Assembly: GCF_000940845.1 (NCBI RefSeq)
Contig: NZ_CP010341.1
Span: 2,100,001 to 2,132,000, forward strand
Reading direction: 5' to 3'
Length of the DNA stretch: 32,000 nt
DNA from: Propionibacterium freudenreichii subsp. freudenreichii
GTDB taxonomy: Bacteria > Actinomycetota > Actinomycetes > Propionibacteriales > Propionibacteriaceae
Under the pieces are notes generated by a model that saw only the letters and a program-made list of their open reading frames with translations, was not told the DNA's origin and did no database searches. The translations under genes were made by a program, and so were the position numbers. Positions 10,036 through 17,683 of the stretch are shown here, piece by piece. Each line of letters opens with the position of its first letter. Position 1 is the stretch's first letter.

Positions 10036-11808
10036 GTGAGCAACGACGATGCCACCGGCCGCCCGCCGGTCCGCCCGGGCGACCAGCCGTCCCCCGACGC
10101 AGGTGACCAGCCGGCCTCCGGCGCGGGTGTCCAGCCGGCCTCCGACGGGCAGGGCGCCGACGCCACACCGGCGAGCGGCACGCGTCCCGACCTCCCGGCC
10201 ACTGACGCCCCCGCAGCCGCCTCCGGCACCACCGCTGGCCAGCCCCGGCCCACCGAGCCCTCGACCACCGGTCCTGCTGCCGCCAGCCCTGGCGCCGGCG
10301 GTCCTGTGACCAGCGGCAAGGGTGCCGACGACACGGGCACCGACGACATCGCCCATGAGACGCCGATCGCCACGCTCCAGGACGGCCGCTACCGTCTCGT
10401 CGAGCGGGTGGGAGCCGGCTCGATCGGGCAGGTGTGGCGCGCCTACGACGCCACGCTGCAGCGCGAGGTGGCCGTCAAGACCGTCAACCTGGCCATGAGC
10501 GCCGATCCGGCGACCGGCGCCCGCTTCCGCCGCGAGGCCGTCGCCACCGCGGGGCTGGACCATCCCAATGTGGTGCAGATCTACGACTCGGGCGTCGACG
10601 GGCACACCGCGTTCATCGTCATGGAGTTCCTGCACGGGCCCAACCTGCAGACCGTGGTCAACCAGGAGGGGCCCATCCCCTATGCCGTGGCCGTGCCGCT
10701 GCTGGCGCAGGTGGCCGCCGGGTTGGGTGCTGCCCACGCGATCGGCGTGACGCACCGCGACGTGAAGCCGGCCAATGTGGTGCTGGCCACCAAGTCGCTG
10801 CACTCGACGCCCAAGATCGTCGACTTCGGGATCGCCCGGCTGAACGACCAGCAGGGCACCTCGCTGACCAGCACGATGACCGCCATCGGCTCGGCGGCCT
10901 ATATGTCACCCGAGCAGGCCTCCGGCAACCGGGTGAGCCAGGCCTCCGACATGTATTCGTTCGGCTGCCTCATCACCACCGTGCTCACCGGACGTCCGCC
11001 CTTCCCGGGCGAGTCACCCATCGCGGTGGCGCGTGCCCAGGTGTACGACACGCCGACGCCACTGCGCCAGCTGCGCGCCGACACCCCCGAGGCGCTCGAG
11101 ACGCTGGTGACCGCGCTGTTGTCGAAGGACCCGGCCGGGCGTCCCAATGCGCGCCAGACCGAGCAGGCGCTGCGTGCCATCGACAGCAACGCCGCCGACG
11201 CCCAGAAGGTCGTCACCTCGCTGATCCCCGTGACGCCGGCCACCAATGGCAATGCGCCCACCGTGGCGATTGCCGGTGCGGCTCCGGCGCCGACCACCCC
11301 GAGCGAACGCACCACGCTGATCGACGCCACGAACACCACGGCTCCCGCCACGGGTGCCCCGGCGGGGGCAAGCACCGACGACGCCATCTCCACGAGTTCG
11401 ACGCGTCCGGTGGTGCGTCGTCCGGCCGATGCATCCGATGCCGCCGCGGCGAACAAGCAACGCCAACGCAGCCAGCGCGTCCGCAGGATCTTGCTGGCGC
11501 TGATCATCATCGTGATCCTCATCGGTGCGGTCTGGTTCGCCTTCGCCGAGCGCGGCCGCGACACCGCGCCGGCCCCGAGCACCACCGTCACCATGACCAC
11601 GACGCCAAGCCCGAGCGCCACGGCGAGCTACAGCAACACCAGCGAGCCCACGTACAGCCAGACCTATGCTCCGGCCACCACCTATGCCCCCTCGGCGACC
11701 ACCCAGCCGACGCAACCGGCGGCGACGGTCACCGAGACCCAGCCTGCGGCGACCGTGACCACGACGGCCAGTCCCCAGGCGCAGACCTCGCCCGCTGCGG
11801 GCAATTGA
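10036..11808 (+). CDS. Second membrane Ser/Thr protein kinase without PASTA domains (PknA-like architecture)
   Basis: Start is either GTG 10036 or TTG 10018. About 120 aa of P/A/G-rich disordered N-terminus. Kinase motifs: GAGSIGQVW, VAVK, HRDVKPANV, DFGIA, MSPEQA. TM segment: ILLALIIIVILIGAVWFAF. The extracellular tail is Thr/Pro-rich, with QPAATVTETQPAATVTTT. Confidence 0.85.
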   Translation: MSNDDATGRPPVRPGDQPSPDAGDQPASGAGVQPASDGQGADATPASGTRPDLPATDAPAAASGTTAGQPRPTEPSTTGPAAASPGAGGPVTSGKGADDTGTDDIAHETPIATLQDGRYRLVERVGAGSIGQVWRAYDATLQREVAVKTVNLAMSADPATGARFRREAVATAGLDHPNVVQIYDSGVDGHTAFIVMEFLHGPNLQTVVNQEGPIPYAVAVPLLAQVAAGLGAAHAIGVTHRDVKPANVVLATKSLHSTPKIVDFGIARLNDQQGTSLTSTMTAIGSAAYMSPEQASGNRVSQASDMYSFGCLITTVLTGRPPFPGESPIAVARAQVYDTPTPLRQLRADTPEALETLVTALLSKDPAGRPNARQTEQALRAIDSNAADAQKVVTSLIPVTPATNGNAPTVAIAGAAPAPTTPSERTTLIDATNTTAPATGAPAGASTDDAISTSSTRPVVRRPADASDAAAANKQRQRSQRVRRILLALIIIVILIGAVWFAFAERGRDTAPAPSTTVTMTTTPSPSATASYSNTSEPTYSQTYAPATTYAPSATTQPTQPAATVTETQPAATVTTTASPQAQTSPAAGN

Positions 11809-12024
11809 AGTGCTGGGGGCGCTGCGTCCCCAAGCACGCTGGGTTGATCCGAAGTTGATGGGCCGGCGTTGATTGCCCGGGCATGACTGCCACGCGGGCT
11901 GGCCTACTGGTCAGGGCTTGCCTGCTGAAAGGGCCTGCCTGCTGGTCAGGATTGGCCACGTGTCAGGCCCCACGGGCGGCCGCCGGGCCCATCGGCCCGG
12001 GCGCACCCGCGGGAGGGCCCGTCC

Positions 12025-13188
12025 CTAGAGGTCGCGCGCTGCGGGGCTGCCGGCCTCGCCGACGAAGCCCTGCGGGGTGGCATATCCGGCACGGTCGTAG
12101 GCGTCGCTGACGGCGTGCAGCAGCTCATCGCCCCTGCCCCGTGGCATGACGGCCAGCACGCAGCCGCCGAAGCCGCCACCCACCAGTCGGGCGCCCCAGG
12201 CGCCGGCGGCCAGCGCGGTGTCCACGGCCAGGTCGACCTCGGGCACGCTCACCTCCAGGTCGTCGCGCATCGAGTAGTGGGCGGTGGTCATGGCCTGCGC
12301 AACGGCCCGCCAGTCGCCGGCCTCCAGGTCGTCGGCCATGCGCACGCCGCGGGCGTTCTCGGTGACCACATGGCGCAGCCGCTTGGCCAGTGTGGGGTCG
12401 TTCAGCCGACGGATGGCCTCGGGCAGGCCGGCCTCGTCGATGCGGCGCAGGTAGTCCACGCCGAGCATCCGGGCGATCTGCTCGCATTCGGCACGGCGAT
12501 TGCCGTAATGGCCCGCTGACAAGGAGTGACGCGTGCCGGTGTCAATGATGTAGACCTCAACGCCGGCGTCCTGCGGCAGATAGGGCACCGGACGCAGCAC
12601 GTCGGTGAGGAAGTCGATGAGCAGGGCATGTCCCCTGCTCCCGCGCAGCGCCGAGGTCTGGTCGACCCCGCCGGTGGGTGCCAGCGCGATCTCGTTCTCA
12701 GCGGTCTGGCAGGCGACGGCGAGTTGCTTGCGTCCGGCATCATCGGCCAGCAGGCCGAGGCCGAACAGGTCCGACGCAGCGGCGGCCGCCGAGCACTCGA
12801 GCGCCGCCGAGCTCGACAGTCCCGCCCCGATCAACAGCGTGGATCCGATCACCATGTCGACGCCACGCACCGGATGCCCGGCCTGGCGCAATGCCCACAG
12901 CACGCCGGCCGCATAGGCGCCCCAGCCCCCGGGCCGTTCGGCATCCACGGCGGACAGCTCCACGTCCACATCGCCCTCGATGTTGAGGGAGACCAGGCGG
13001 ATGCGCTCGTCGTCGCGGGCCCGGGCCGCCACGAAGGTGCGCGCGTCAAGCGGCACGGGCAGGCAGAAGCCACGGTTGTAGTCGGTGTGCTCGCCCATCA
13101 GGTTGAAGCGACCCGGCGCAGACCAGACACCGGTGGGACGTGCATTGAAGTGCTGCGGGAAGATCTCCGCCATGCCCTGGGCGTCCAC
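12025..13188 (-). CDS. galK: Galactokinase
   Basis: Galactokinase signature GRFNLMGEHTDYN and GHMP-kinase motif GAGLSSSAALE. Start is GTG 13188 or ATG 13173. Confidence 0.9.
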   Translation of the reverse strand: MDAQGMAEIFPQHFNARPTGVWSAPGRFNLMGEHTDYNRGFCLPVPLDARTFVAARARDDERIRLVSLNIEGDVDVELSAVDAERPGGWGAYAAGVLWALRQAGHPVRGVDMVIGSTLLIGAGLSSSAALECSAAAAASDLFGLGLLADDAGRKQLAVACQTAENEIALAPTGGVDQTSALRGSRGHALLIDFLTDVLRPVPYLPQDAGVEVYIIDTGTRHSLSAGHYGNRRAECEQIARMLGVDYLRRIDEAGLPEAIRRLNDPTLAKRLRHVVTENARGVRMADDLEAGDWRAVAQAMTTAHYSMRDDLEVSVPEVDLAVDTALAAGAWGARLVGGGFGGCVLAVMPRGRGDELLHAVSDAYDRAGYATPQGFVGEAGSPAARDL

Positions 13189-13214
13189 GTCAGCGGCACC
13201 CCCGGATATGACAC

Positions 13215-13259
13215 GAGCTGATGGGACGCGAACCGATGGGACGCGAGCTGATGGGACAC
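13215..13259. repeat. Three tandem 15-bp direct repeats upstream of galK, plus a degenerate fourth copy at 13201-13214
   Basis: Units are gagctgatgggacgc, gaaccgatgggacgc and gagctgatgggacac, read directly from the sequence. They lie 27-71 nt upstream of the galK start. Confidence 0.85.
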
Positions 13260-13362
13260 CGGGCAGGGTGACTGTGCTGGGTCGTCATGGGCTCTACTTT
13301 CTCACATGGCTCCGGGCCATCCGCAGCTTCCGGGGCGTCCGGACCAGCCGAGAATAGTTGAC

Positions 13363-14136
13363 TCAGCCGTTGATCGATCGCACGTCGACCAATCCGGGCA
13401 CCCGGCGACGCAGCTGGTGCTCCAGCCTCTGGTGCATGGTGATCACGGCTGCGGGGCACCCGCGGCAGGCCCCCGACATCTTCACGGTGACCACGCCGTC
13501 CTGTACCCCGGCCAGGGCGATGTGACCACCGTGGGCGCGGGCGATATCGCCGATCGGGCCCTCGATGAGTTCGTCGGCGCACACGCCCAGGGCGTCATCA
13601 CCGCTGAGGACGCGCGCATCCGCGGCGCCCACCCAGGCATCGGTGTGCCCCAGCGCCCGCATCAGGGCGCGGCGCACCACCGGTCCCAGTTCGGCCCAGT
13701 CGCTCCCCGGGGCCAGGGTCACCAACAGGGTGTCGGGGCCCACGACCACGCGCGACACGCGATCGGCCAGCAGATCGTCGAGTCCGGGCGCGGAGGCCAG
13801 GGTGCCGGCGAAAGGAAGGATGTGGTGCGAGACCACCCACCGCAGGGTGGCGGGATCGTCGGTGGCCTCGGGGTGCAGCGCAATGACCCCGGGAGGCGTG
13901 GCCGAACTCGGGTCGCGCAGTGGTGGACAGTCCATCCGCCCGCCGGCCGGGCCTGCCTGACGTGAGCCGGCGTCGGGGCGTGGGGCGGGTGACTGCCCCG
14001 CGCGCGCCATCAGCTGCTCAAGACCGGAGGATGGCCCCGCAGCCACCCCGACAGACACGGGACCACCCCGTCCACGGCCCGTGGGGACCCTGGAAGCGGG
14101 GTGGTGCCGGTGCGAGAACATTGTGCGAACCTTCAT
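13363..14136 (-). CDS. Nfu/NifU-type Fe-S cluster assembly protein (Nfu_N-like plus NifU C-terminal domain)
   Basis: The C-terminus HGGHIALAGVQDGVVTVKMSGACRGCPAAVITMHQRLE carries the NifU C-terminal CxxC motif. An upstream Nfu_N-like segment reads IALHPEATDDPATLRWVV. The start is uncertain. ATG 14136 directly abuts the feoB stop. Internal ATGs at 14010 and 13935 would give a more typical length. Confidence 0.72.
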   Translation of the reverse strand: MKVRTMFSHRHHPASRVPTGRGRGGPVSVGVAAGPSSGLEQLMARAGQSPAPRPDAGSRQAGPAGGRMDCPPLRDPSSATPPGVIALHPEATDDPATLRWVVSHHILPFAGTLASAPGLDDLLADRVSRVVVGPDTLLVTLAPGSDWAELGPVVRRALMRALGHTDAWVGAADARVLSGDDALGVCADELIEGPIGDIARAHGGHIALAGVQDGVVTVKMSGACRGCPAAVITMHQRLEHQLRRRVPGLVDVRSING

Positions 14137-16101
14137 CTAGGTGACCAACAGCGTGATCGTGTGGCCGATGAAGGCCATCACCCACGCCAGGACGAACATG
14201 TATCCGAACGCAATCGAGGGCCACTTCCATCCCCCGGATTCCCGCTTCATGATCGCCACCGTCGACAGGCACTGCAGGGCGAAGGCGAAGAACAGGATCA
14301 GTGCCACGGTGGTGGCGGGGGTGAAGACCTTCTGGCCCTCGCTGGGACCCTGGGTGTAGGTCCAGCCCTCCAACTGGCTGGCCACGTCATCGGTGGCCTC
14401 GGGGTCACTGGACGCCGCCATCTGGCCCAGCGACGAGACGGCAACCTCGCGGGCGGCCAACGAGCCCATCAGCGCCACGTCAATGCGCCAGTCGAAGCCG
14501 AGCGGCTCGAAGACGGGCTCGACGAAGCGGCCCACATGGCCGGCCACCGAGTTCTCCATGGTGTAGGCGCTGACCGCCACGGCATCGCCCGGATCGACGC
14601 CGGCCGCCGACAGCTGCTCGTCAGAGCGCATCGGGAAGGTCGTCAGGGCCCAGATCACGATCGTGGCAGCCATGATGATGGTGCCGGCCTTGCGCAGGAA
14701 CGCCTTGGTGGGCTCCCACATGGCGATGCCCACGGAGCGCGGGGTGGGCACGCGGTAGGGCGGCATCTCCATGTAGAACGGCAGCACGGCGCCGGAGCGG
14801 TCGGTGATCTTCTTGACCACCCAGGCGGCGGTCATGGCGGCCACGCCACCCAGCAGGTACAGCAGGAACATCGTGATGCCCTGCCAGCTGACCGGTCCGA
14901 GCTTCGCCTCGCTGGGCACGAGCATGCCGACGAGCAGCAGGTAGACGGGCAGCCGGGCCGAGCAGGTGGCCAGCGGCACGCCGAGCATCGTGGCGATGCG
15001 GTCCTTCGACGACGGGATGGTGCGGGTGGCCATCACGCCGGGGATGGCGCAGGCGAACGACGAGAGCACCGCCACGAAGGCGCGTCCCTCAAGGCCTGCC
15101 TTGCTCATCACCTTGTCCATCAGGAAGGCGGCGCGGGACATATAGCCCACCGCGTCGAGCAACGCGAGGATCAGGTACATCAGCAGGATCTGGGGCACGA
15201 AGGTGAGCACCGAGCCGACGCCGCCCAGGATGCCGTCACCGAGCAGGCCGCCGAGCACCGGATTGGAGATGTGCTCGTCGACCAACCCGCCCAGGTAGCC
15301 GAAGAAGGTGTCGATCGCGTCCTGCAGCGGGGCCGCCCAGGTGAACAGCGCCTGGAAGAACAGGAACATCACCGCGAAGAAGATGATGGTGCCCCACACC
15401 GGGTGCAGCAGCACCTTGTCGATCTTCTCGGTGCGCGAGTCGGGGTTGGGACCCTCGTAGCCGGCGCTGGCCAGGATCGAGTCCACCCACCCGGCGAGCT
15501 CTGCCGGATCGGCCGGCGGGTCGATCGGCGGACGCGACCAGTCCTGCCATTCGGTGAGCGTCTTGCGCAGCTCGGGGATGCCGATGCCACGGTTGGCCAC
15601 GACGGCGACCACCGGGATGCCCAGTGCCTTCGACAGGCCCTCGATGTCGAGCACGCCACCGCGACGGCGCAGTTCATCGGTCATCGTGACGGCCAGGGCC
15701 GTCGGCTTGTGGCGCGGCAGTACCTCGCTGAGCAGCAACAGCGACCGACGCAGCGCGGTGGAATCGGCCACCACGAGCAGGGCGTCGGGTTCCCCCACGC
15801 CCTCGAGCTTGCCGTTGAGCATGTCGGAGACGACCTGCTCGTCGGGCGAGATGGGCGTCAGCGAGTACGAGCCGGGCAGGTCCTCGATGTTGTAGGTGTG
15901 GTCGTGCACCTTCATCACGCCGCGGGTGCGCGAGACGGTGACGCCGGGATAGTTGCCGGTCTTGGCATGAAGGCCGGTCAACCGGTTGAACACTGACGTC
16001 TTGCCACCATTCGGCGAACCGATGAGGGCAATCTGCGCAGTGCCACTCGGTGCCGGGGCACCTGGTGTTGAGTGACGAGAGGCGTCAACGACCGAAGACA
16101 T
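14137..16101 (-). CDS. feoB: Ferrous iron transporter FeoB
   Basis: G-domain motifs GSPNGGKTSVFN (G1) and DLPGSYSL (G3), followed by a large polytopic membrane domain. I prefer ATG 16101 (MSSVVDASRH..., with GGGAG upstream). The ORF stays open up to 16326, with an alternative ATG at 16215. Confidence 0.88.
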   Translation of the reverse strand: MSSVVDASRHSTPGAPAPSGTAQIALIGSPNGGKTSVFNRLTGLHAKTGNYPGVTVSRTRGVMKVHDHTYNIEDLPGSYSLTPISPDEQVVSDMLNGKLEGVGEPDALLVVADSTALRRSLLLLSEVLPRHKPTALAVTMTDELRRRGGVLDIEGLSKALGIPVVAVVANRGIGIPELRKTLTEWQDWSRPPIDPPADPAELAGWVDSILASAGYEGPNPDSRTEKIDKVLLHPVWGTIIFFAVMFLFFQALFTWAAPLQDAIDTFFGYLGGLVDEHISNPVLGGLLGDGILGGVGSVLTFVPQILLMYLILALLDAVGYMSRAAFLMDKVMSKAGLEGRAFVAVLSSFACAIPGVMATRTIPSSKDRIATMLGVPLATCSARLPVYLLLVGMLVPSEAKLGPVSWQGITMFLLYLLGGVAAMTAAWVVKKITDRSGAVLPFYMEMPPYRVPTPRSVGIAMWEPTKAFLRKAGTIIMAATIVIWALTTFPMRSDEQLSAAGVDPGDAVAVSAYTMENSVAGHVGRFVEPVFEPLGFDWRIDVALMGSLAAREVAVSSLGQMAASSDPEATDDVASQLEGWTYTQGPSEGQKVFTPATTVALILFFAFALQCLSTVAIMKRESGGWKWPSIAFGYMFVLAWVMAFIGHTITLLVT

Positions 16102-16279
16102 GAAAATGGGCTCCCAATGACGGGTTGAGGCGGATGCGGACGGCGCGGATCCGGGCAGGACGGCACCGCCGACTGGCGTTCGGACGGTTTCGTCCGAGGT
16201 GGGATTGCGGCCCATCGACTCGGGGTCGGGCCGCTCAAGGAGGCGGCCCACTGCTGGAGGCAATGGGCCGCGGGGTGAA

Positions 16280-16639
16280 TCAGGCGACGATGGCTTCGGC
16301 GTCGGCAACGACCTGGGCGGCATCATCGGGGATGCGCACGTAGATCATGTCGGCCTGGGCCTCGCGCAGGCACATCTGGGCGTCGCAGACGCGGAACACC
16401 ATGGGACCGCTGAGCGGCGCCTGGCGAATCAGGCAGACCTCGCGGCCGCAGTCGAAGCCGAGCAGCTGGAGGCGATGGGTGATCGACTCGTCAGCCTCTT
16501 CGTCGAGGCGACAGATCACGCCGACGTCGCCGGCATGCAGATTGCTCAGCGGCACGATCTTGGAACCCACGGTCTCGAAGGACGCGACGGCTTGCGTGGT
16601 CTCGGCGGTGAACTCATCGGGAACGACTCTGGCTGACAT
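16280..16639 (-). CDS. feoA: FeoA-domain protein
   Basis: 119-aa ORF directly upstream of feoB. FeoA/SH3-like core: LSNLHAGDVGVICRLDEEADESITHRLQLLGFDCGREVCLIRQAPLSGPMVFRV. Confidence 0.82.
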   Translation of the reverse strand: MSARVVPDEFTAETTQAVASFETVGSKIVPLSNLHAGDVGVICRLDEEADESITHRLQLLGFDCGREVCLIRQAPLSGPMVFRVCDAQMCLREAQADMIYVRIPDDAAQVVADAEAIVA

Positions 16640-16748
16640 ATCGAAGCTCCTCAGTACCGGGCTCCATCACCCGGCTCAAGTGGCGACCTGGCCGGCGTGA
16701 GGGGGTTTATTCCCGATCCGTGCAACCAAGCTGTTCACATCTAGCTTA

Positions 16749-16768
16749 CTTAGGCATGCCTAAGCTAA
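16749..16768. promoter_or_regulatory. Candidate DtxR/IdeR-family iron box upstream of feoA
   Basis: Perfect 16-bp palindrome CTTAGGCATGCCTAAG (16749-16764). The 19-mer TTAGGCATGCCTAAGCTAA (16750-16768) matches 15 of 19 positions of the DtxR consensus TTAGGTTAGCCTAACCTAA by manual alignment. It lies about 110-130 nt upstream of the feoA start codon. Confidence 0.5.
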
Positions 16769-17002
16769 CACAGCGGAAGGGGTGACACCAGCGGGGGGTC
16801 CATTTATTCCATCAGGTGGTCATCGTTTTCCTGACGACCCGGGTTTGCGTCACCATCGCGCATCGGTGGACCAGGCCCGGCGACCCCTGCGCAGCCGCCC
16901 GGACGCCCCATTCACAGGCCCCGGACATGGCGCACCTAAGAAGGTGCACAGAAGGTGCTGAGAACCCTCTTAGATACCCCGGTTCGGACAGGACGCGGCC
17001 AT

Positions 17003-17602
17003 ATGATCGACGACAGTAGGACACGACCCACCCCGGTGCGCCTGAGTCCCCCACCCCTGAGCAGAAAGAGGTACCCGGTGCACAAATGGCGCACCCCGTT
17101 GATCCTGACCGTTGTCACCTGCATCGTGGTTCTGGGCGGCTGGTGGGGATGGCGGGCGTTCATGCATCCGGAAGCGAATGTGCCGCCGTGCGTCTCCCAG
17201 TCCGCCAGCCAGCTGAGCACCAGCCAGGTGCAGCTGCGCGTGATCAATGCGGGCACCGTGCGTGGACGGGCCAATGAGGTTGCCGGCATCATGCGCGCCC
17301 AGGGCTTCGTGGTCGCCTCCACCGGGAATGCCAGTCCCTCGCCGTCATCGCAGGCCACGCCGGCGCCGGGCGTCACCGTGCCGGTGACCATCGTCGGCAC
17401 CAGCACCGAGGACCCCGAGGTGCAGCTCGTGGCAGGCTTCTTCCCCGGGGCCACCGTGACCGCCGACGGACGCCCCGACCATCGCGTCGACGTGATCGTC
17501 TCCGACACCTCGGCCATGCCGTTGCAGAGCGCCGAGCGCACCGTGCCGATCCCCAATGGCGTGATCTGCCTGCCCGCCGGCGCGGCCAGCACCGGCAACT
17601 GA
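17003..17602 (+). CDS. LytR_C-domain membrane protein (LytR cell-envelope-related C-terminal domain)
   Basis: Single TM segment (LILTVVTCIVVLGGWWGW) followed by a LytR_C-like pattern: VQLRVINAGTVRGRANEVAGIMRAQGFVVASTGNA...HRVDVIVSD. Alternative start GTG 17078 has the better RBS (AAAGAGG). Confidence 0.72.
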   Translation: MIDDSRTRPTPVRLSPPPLSRKRYPVHKWRTPLILTVVTCIVVLGGWWGWRAFMHPEANVPPCVSQSASQLSTSQVQLRVINAGTVRGRANEVAGIMRAQGFVVASTGNASPSPSSQATPAPGVTVPVTIVGTSTEDPEVQLVAGFFPGATVTADGRPDHRVDVIVSDTSAMPLQSAERTVPIPNGVICLPAGAASTGN

Positions 17603-17683
17603 TCAACGCCCTGCCGTTCCCTCGCGACACCCTGCCAACCCGGCCGCACCCCCCACCCTGCCAGCCGGGCGACGACGGGGCAG

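Noticed and set aside
11809-12024. Direct repeats CCTACTGGTCAGG and CCTGCTGGTCAGG, plus GC-rich palindromes, between the convergent kinase and galK genes. A hairpin lies at 11810-11837.
   Set aside because: These are most simply terminator-type structures in a convergent intergenic region. They are short and have no further distinguishing features, so they were not promoted to a finding.
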